A stretch of 32,000 nt of DNA from Promethearchaeum syntrophicum (GTDB taxonomy: Archaea; Asgardarchaeota; Lokiarchaeia; Sigyniarchaeales; Promethearchaeaceae): NCBI RefSeq assembly GCF_008000775.2, contig NZ_CP042905.2, positions 1,650,001 through 1,682,000 of the forward strand, in the 5' to 3' direction. Under the pieces are notes generated by a model that was given only the letters and a program-made list of their open reading frames with translations, did no database searches and was not told the origin of the DNA. The position numbers and the translations under genes were made by a program. Shown here piece after piece: positions 27,795 through 32,000 of the stretch. Within the stretch, counting starts at the first letter, position 1; the number at the start of each line of letters is the position of its first letter.

Positions 27795-28700
27795 ATGTCC
27801 TTGGATAAATTTACTACAAAAATCAAAGAAATAAATCGTGAGACGGCATTTATATTAGTTTTCGTTTCATATTACCTTGCAATTGTATCGGCTATTGGTC
27901 TTGGATATCTTCTTAGAGATCTAAATCCAATTTTAATGATATTTCTGGTTGATATTTTAGCCACTTTGATAATTTTTATAATTAGTACAGTTTTTAGAAA
28001 CGCTAGTTTTTATGATCCTTTTTGGAGTTTTATCCCAATTGTAATTGCTCTTTATTTATTGTTTACTTCCTCTGATTTAGTTAATACTGTTCGTCAATAT
28101 ATTGTGGTGTTGATGGTCTGTCTTTGGGGTTTACGATTAACATGGAACTGGGTTCGTCAGTGGAGAGGTATAAATCATGAAGATTGGAGATATGTGAATT
28201 TCAGGAAAAAGTATGTTAAATCTTTTTGGTTTATAAATTTAACGGGTATTCAACTTATGCCGACAATTCTTGTGTTTTTTGGATGTTTGTCTCTATTTCC
28301 AGCTTTAAATTCAGGAACAAACAATTTTCAATTTCTTGATTATATTGCTTTAATTATTACATTGGGAGCAATAATTCTAGAAACATTTGCCGATTTTCAA
28401 ATGAAAAATTTCATGAAAACCAGAAAAGATCCGCAATTGATTATGGATAAGGGATTGTGGGGTAAATCGCGGCATCCGAATTATTTAGGTGAGATGTTAT
28501 TTTGGTGGGGGTTGTATTTATTCGGTGTAAGTGCCGATCCTCAATATTGGTGGGTGATATTTGGACCAATCGCGATTACAATATTATTCCTATTTATAAG
28601 TATCCCTATGATGGAAAAACGCCAAGAACACAAATCTGAATATAAAAACTATAAATTACGAGTTCGAAAATTGATTCCAAGATTTTCTTTTTCTTCTTGA
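27795..28700 (+). CDS. DUF1295 / steroid 5-alpha-reductase C-terminal-like membrane protein
   Basis: RLTWNWVRQWRGINHEDWRYVNFRKKY; GLWGKSRHPNYLGEMLFWWGLYLFGVSA; SIPMMEKRQEHKSEYKNYK. Confidence 0.85.
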   Translation: MSLDKFTTKIKEINRETAFILVFVSYYLAIVSAIGLGYLLRDLNPILMIFLVDILATLIIFIISTVFRNASFYDPFWSFIPIVIALYLLFTSSDLVNTVRQYIVVLMVCLWGLRLTWNWVRQWRGINHEDWRYVNFRKKYVKSFWFINLTGIQLMPTILVFFGCLSLFPALNSGTNNFQFLDYIALIITLGAIILETFADFQMKNFMKTRKDPQLIMDKGLWGKSRHPNYLGEMLFWWGLYLFGVSADPQYWWVIFGPIAITILFLFISIPMMEKRQEHKSEYKNYKLRVRKLIPRFSFSS

Positions 28701-28844
28701 TAACATGAATAAAATAGAACAAATCTTTGGATTTTTTACATTCTCTAATATCTGATAATTACTATGAAAATTATTTGAAAATCTTTTTTATAGCCAATAA
28801 ATTTGTAGAAATTAACTATATTTTCTTAGAACGGTTCAATTAAT

Positions 28845-29318
28845 ATGTCAGAAAACACTCGCGCCTCTTTAGTAAAGAAAAAAATGGGCTTCAATCAAAT
28901 GAGGAATACCATTTATTGGTTACAAAGAGTAATGAAGCAATATGATCTACCAGAAAGCCAAATCGAAAAGAGATTATTAAGTATGGGAAGAAATATTGGT
29001 GCGAGTTTTTCTAAGGAATATATTCCAAATTCAAAAGATCCAAGTGATTTGATTAAGGAACTTTACAAAATTACCCTTAGAAGTAAAGTGAAAACTGAGC
29101 AAGATTTTGATTTCTTAACAGTCACTGATAATAATAGTGCATTATGCAAGTATCAGTATAAAGATATCCAGACTCCCGGATGTAATGTGGTTATTGGGAT
29201 GATTAGTGAAATATTAGAGCGAAATGGGATTAAAGTAAAAGAAATGGAAATAAATGCTTGTAAATCTCATGGAGATCCTTACTGTAAACATTCATATAAG
29301 GTAGTTAGGAGTGAATAA
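28845..29318 (+). CDS. V4R-like (TRAPP/Bet3-fold-like) domain protein
   Basis: TIYWLQRVMKQ...LLSMGRNIGASF...LCKYQYKDIQTPGCNVVIGMISEILERNGIKVKEMEINACKSHGDPYCKHSYKV. Confidence 0.65.
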   Translation: MSENTRASLVKKKMGFNQMRNTIYWLQRVMKQYDLPESQIEKRLLSMGRNIGASFSKEYIPNSKDPSDLIKELYKITLRSKVKTEQDFDFLTVTDNNSALCKYQYKDIQTPGCNVVIGMISEILERNGIKVKEMEINACKSHGDPYCKHSYKVVRSE

Positions 29319-29324
29319 AACCAA

Positions 29325-30797
29325 ATGAGCAGTACTTTTAAATGGTTAGTCTTTAAAGCAGCTTCAGCTGTTGCTCGCAATACTTCTTCATTATTTTATC
29401 AATTAATATATCGTGAAATTTATCGTGAAATACTCCTTTTAACTGACGATTATAGTAAAACTATGGAAATCGCTTATTTTATTGGGTATAAAGCAGCTAA
29501 AGAGAGTGCCTTAAGACAAATTCCTGTTTTTCGTTTATTTCCTTCAGATGCTACAAAATTATTAGATTATTTTCCATTAATCTGGCAGATAAATTTTGGA
29601 GTGTCCTTAACTGAATATACCAGAGAATGGGATTATTCTGATCCTAATAAACCCGTACATTATTACATTATAAAAGATAATCCGTTAAATTATGGAATGG
29701 GACCCGAATCGCCAAGAGATCCTGATAGGGATAATTTAATTTGGAGCGAATTAACAGACGGAACTAATAATTATGGGGCAATTATGGTAGGACTTCTAAC
29801 ATCCGTCATAAGTTTCATACTAAAAATTAAAAATTCTGATAAAAGAATAATAATTACAAATCCTGAGAGTATAATTCAAGGAGGAAATGCGTATACTCTA
29901 AAATTTGCAATAATTCCAAAGGAAGAATTTCCATTTCCAGAAGAAGAGGATCACACATCTGATGGATTATTTGATAACATTGATCTCGGAATTGAAATGG
30001 GCGAAAAAGAGAAAAAAACCGATTTTTGGAAAAAAATTACTGATTATATAAATATTGAACAATTGGATGATATTTTTAGTAGCGATACAGGACTCTTGCG
30101 TACCATTTTAAGCAAGGGAATCGAAAAAGCAACCCATATGCCTGCTCTTGATTTTATGGATCATTTTACAAATGATGAAGAAAAAGTAATTCAGATCATA
30201 GGTTATATCGGAGTTCATCTTGTGAACGAATATGGCCAATTTCTTGATAAATTAATGGAAAAAGAAAATACATCAAAGGTAATCGGCCATATGTTCTTAT
30301 TTATTAAAGAAAATATCGAAAAATTTGTCCCCGTTTCAACAATTGGAGAAATTAAAAATTACTTTGCTGAAGTATTTGAAGAAATGGCTCCTGCGGTTTT
30401 TGTGGAAAATTTACGTAATATTCCATCAGAAGATGTTGTGCAATTAATACTTCAAGGTATGCAAAAAGCTTTAATTGATATTGGAGTAGATTTCTCTGCC
30501 TTAAAGGAATCTATTAAAGATGAGTTTAAAAAATCCGAAGAAGAGAAAATTGATAAAGCTTTAGTTGAATCTGCCTCTGAAAAAGAGAGAAAAGAACAAA
30601 AAAATCAATTAATGGAGGAATTTTTAAAGGAATTTATGATTGTTTCAACAGCTTTAATTACTCTTCCTTCCCAAATAGCTATAGTTGTGCTCTATAATAC
30701 TATTTCTGGGTCATCTGAAATATTTTCAAATCTTTTTAATAGTCTAAAGGATAGTATTCAAAAAATTGTGGATCTTTTCGAAGAACTAAAAGAATAA
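29325..30797 (+). CDS. Hypothetical large protein, possibly a V4R/TRAPP-associated partner
   Basis: 490-codon ORF starting 7 nt after the V4R-like gene; N-terminal FIGYKAAKES region is weakly Bet3-like; C-terminal half is helical. Confidence 0.5.
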   Translation: MSSTFKWLVFKAASAVARNTSSLFYQLIYREIYREILLLTDDYSKTMEIAYFIGYKAAKESALRQIPVFRLFPSDATKLLDYFPLIWQINFGVSLTEYTREWDYSDPNKPVHYYIIKDNPLNYGMGPESPRDPDRDNLIWSELTDGTNNYGAIMVGLLTSVISFILKIKNSDKRIIITNPESIIQGGNAYTLKFAIIPKEEFPFPEEEDHTSDGLFDNIDLGIEMGEKEKKTDFWKKITDYINIEQLDDIFSSDTGLLRTILSKGIEKATHMPALDFMDHFTNDEEKVIQIIGYIGVHLVNEYGQFLDKLMEKENTSKVIGHMFLFIKENIEKFVPVSTIGEIKNYFAEVFEEMAPAVFVENLRNIPSEDVVQLILQGMQKALIDIGVDFSALKESIKDEFKKSEEEKIDKALVESASEKERKEQKNQLMEEFLKEFMIVSTALITLPSQIAIVVLYNTISGSSEIFSNLFNSLKDSIQKIVDLFEELKE

Positions 30798-30841
30798 TTC
30801 CGTTCCACAATATTTTTTTTGTTTGTTTCATTTTTCAAATC

Positions 30842-31024
30842 ATGTCTTCAAAAGAATATCGTGAATTAGCTGAACAAATAAGGATCAAAAGACAGTTACC
30901 TTATACAATATCAATAGAAAAAATTGATGGAGATACGATTACAACTCACAATATTTGGGGAAATACCGTTATTTACAAGGAATTAAAGGATGGAGATTTT
31001 GAAATCCTACAATACTCTGATTAA
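30842..31024 (+). CDS. Hypothetical small protein
   Basis: 60-codon ORF in tandem with upstream genes; plausible beta-rich composition. Confidence 0.4.
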   Translation: MSSKEYRELAEQIRIKRQLPYTISIEKIDGDTITTHNIWGNTVIYKELKDGDFEILQYSD

Positions 31025-31052
31025 TTTTTAAACTAACTATTTTACGATTTTT

Positions 31053-31922
31053 TTACGATTTAATGAAATTCATTGCTTTCTTAATTTTTTCTAAGTCATC
31101 TGCGTTAATTTCTGGAAATTCTTGGTTAATTTTGTCGATATAACTGTCTGGAATTCTCCTAAATTTGTATATTATGAATCCAAGAATAAATAAGAAACAA
31201 CTAGGGAGAAAAAATAGTACAAAAAATGAGAAACCAGTAATATAAATAAATTCTGCAGAATTGATTGCATCTCCAGGTAGTAAAAGTTTTATTTTCCAAA
31301 TGCTCCATTGTGAGTAGGTGATAAGTAAAGAATCCACTAGATATAAACTAATAAGAAATAGCATTGAAAAAATTAAAAAGAATTGAATTTTAATAAGTGA
31401 TTTCTTATCGATACCAAAAAATCTTTCAAATTTTTTATATCTTTCATTTGCACTATCTTTAATAACTAAATTCATACGCGAGTTTATCAAAATCAAAGAT
31501 GATAATAAAAACCAAGTCATCAAAAAGATCAAAATAAGTAGAATTGTATACCAAATTCCATAGTTTTGCATTAAATGCGGATTATTCTTCGAATCCAAAC
31601 CAAATAATCCAATAATTAATATTTGGATAAATGAGGATCCAAATAATATTAGAGAAGGTAGTGAATCATTGCTAAATAAGTGAAATTTTAAACTATAATT
31701 AGAAATTTTCATCTGGTAATGTTGTAAATCATTGTAAATTAAGAAAAAGAACAGTCCAACAATTGTAAATAACGGATACAAAAATAATAAAATAGAGTTC
31801 CAATTTTGATTGTAAACTATTAGAAGTTCTATAAGTAAAACCAAGAACACACTTAATAACCATTTATTGGTTAATATTTTAGAAATCGGTTTATTTGTAT
31901 CTAATTCACCTAATTCATCCAT
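31053..31922 (-). CDS. Hypothetical multi-pass membrane protein
   Basis: About six hydrophobic segments; no family recognised. Confidence 0.55.
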   Translation of the reverse strand: MDELGELDTNKPISKILTNKWLLSVFLVLLIELLIVYNQNWNSILLFLYPLFTIVGLFFFLIYNDLQHYQMKISNYSLKFHLFSNDSLPSLILFGSSFIQILIIGLFGLDSKNNPHLMQNYGIWYTILLILIFLMTWFLLSSLILINSRMNLVIKDSANERYKKFERFFGIDKKSLIKIQFFLIFSMLFLISLYLVDSLLITYSQWSIWKIKLLLPGDAINSAEFIYITGFSFFVLFFLPSCFLFILGFIIYKFRRIPDSYIDKINQEFPEINADDLEKIKKAMNFIKS

Positions 31923-32000
31923 TATAACGTAAATATAACGGGTTAAAAATAAATTTTTTCAATCTTTTTTAATTTTAATTCTAATTTCTATTAAGCCATT

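Noticed and set aside
1-32000. tRNA, rRNA or CRISPR loci
   Set aside because: No GC-rich cloverleaf, conserved rRNA segments or regularly spaced direct repeats were seen in the intergenic gaps; a tRNAscan-SE or Infernal run would be decisive.

Overview
AT-rich, gene-dense window that looks like an Asgard (Lokiarchaeia-like) archaeon. This is inferred from content: two adjacent Arf/Rag-like GTPases, a Roadblock/LC7 protein, an Orc1/Cdc6-like protein, a V4R/TRAPP-like protein, and bacterial-type metabolic genes (cysE, cysK, TIM). The strongest finding is absent from the ORF track. At 16325..16627 (+) a 100-codon frame is interrupted once by TGA (codon 34, context G-U-C-G) and resembles the HesB-like selenoprotein family. 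It is followed at once by a hairpin with a eukaryote-type SECIS core (ATGAA...AAA...AGAT). Other notable items: a threonine-synthase-like protein that has lost its PLP lysine (SFRDR) and the SGN motif and carries a C-terminal winged helix; an Orc1/Cdc6-like paralog with degenerate Walker A and B motifs; a TldD/TldE pair whose TldD has lost the catalytic Glu (HAVFGH) and the Cys ligand; two adjacent Rag-like GTPases; a JAMM-domain gene with no canonical start codon; a SIR2-TPR protein; and a compact cluster of two radical SAM genes flanking an lplA-like gene, matching the archaeal LipS1/LipS2 lipoate route. No rRNA, tRNA, CRISPR array or transposase was recognised.
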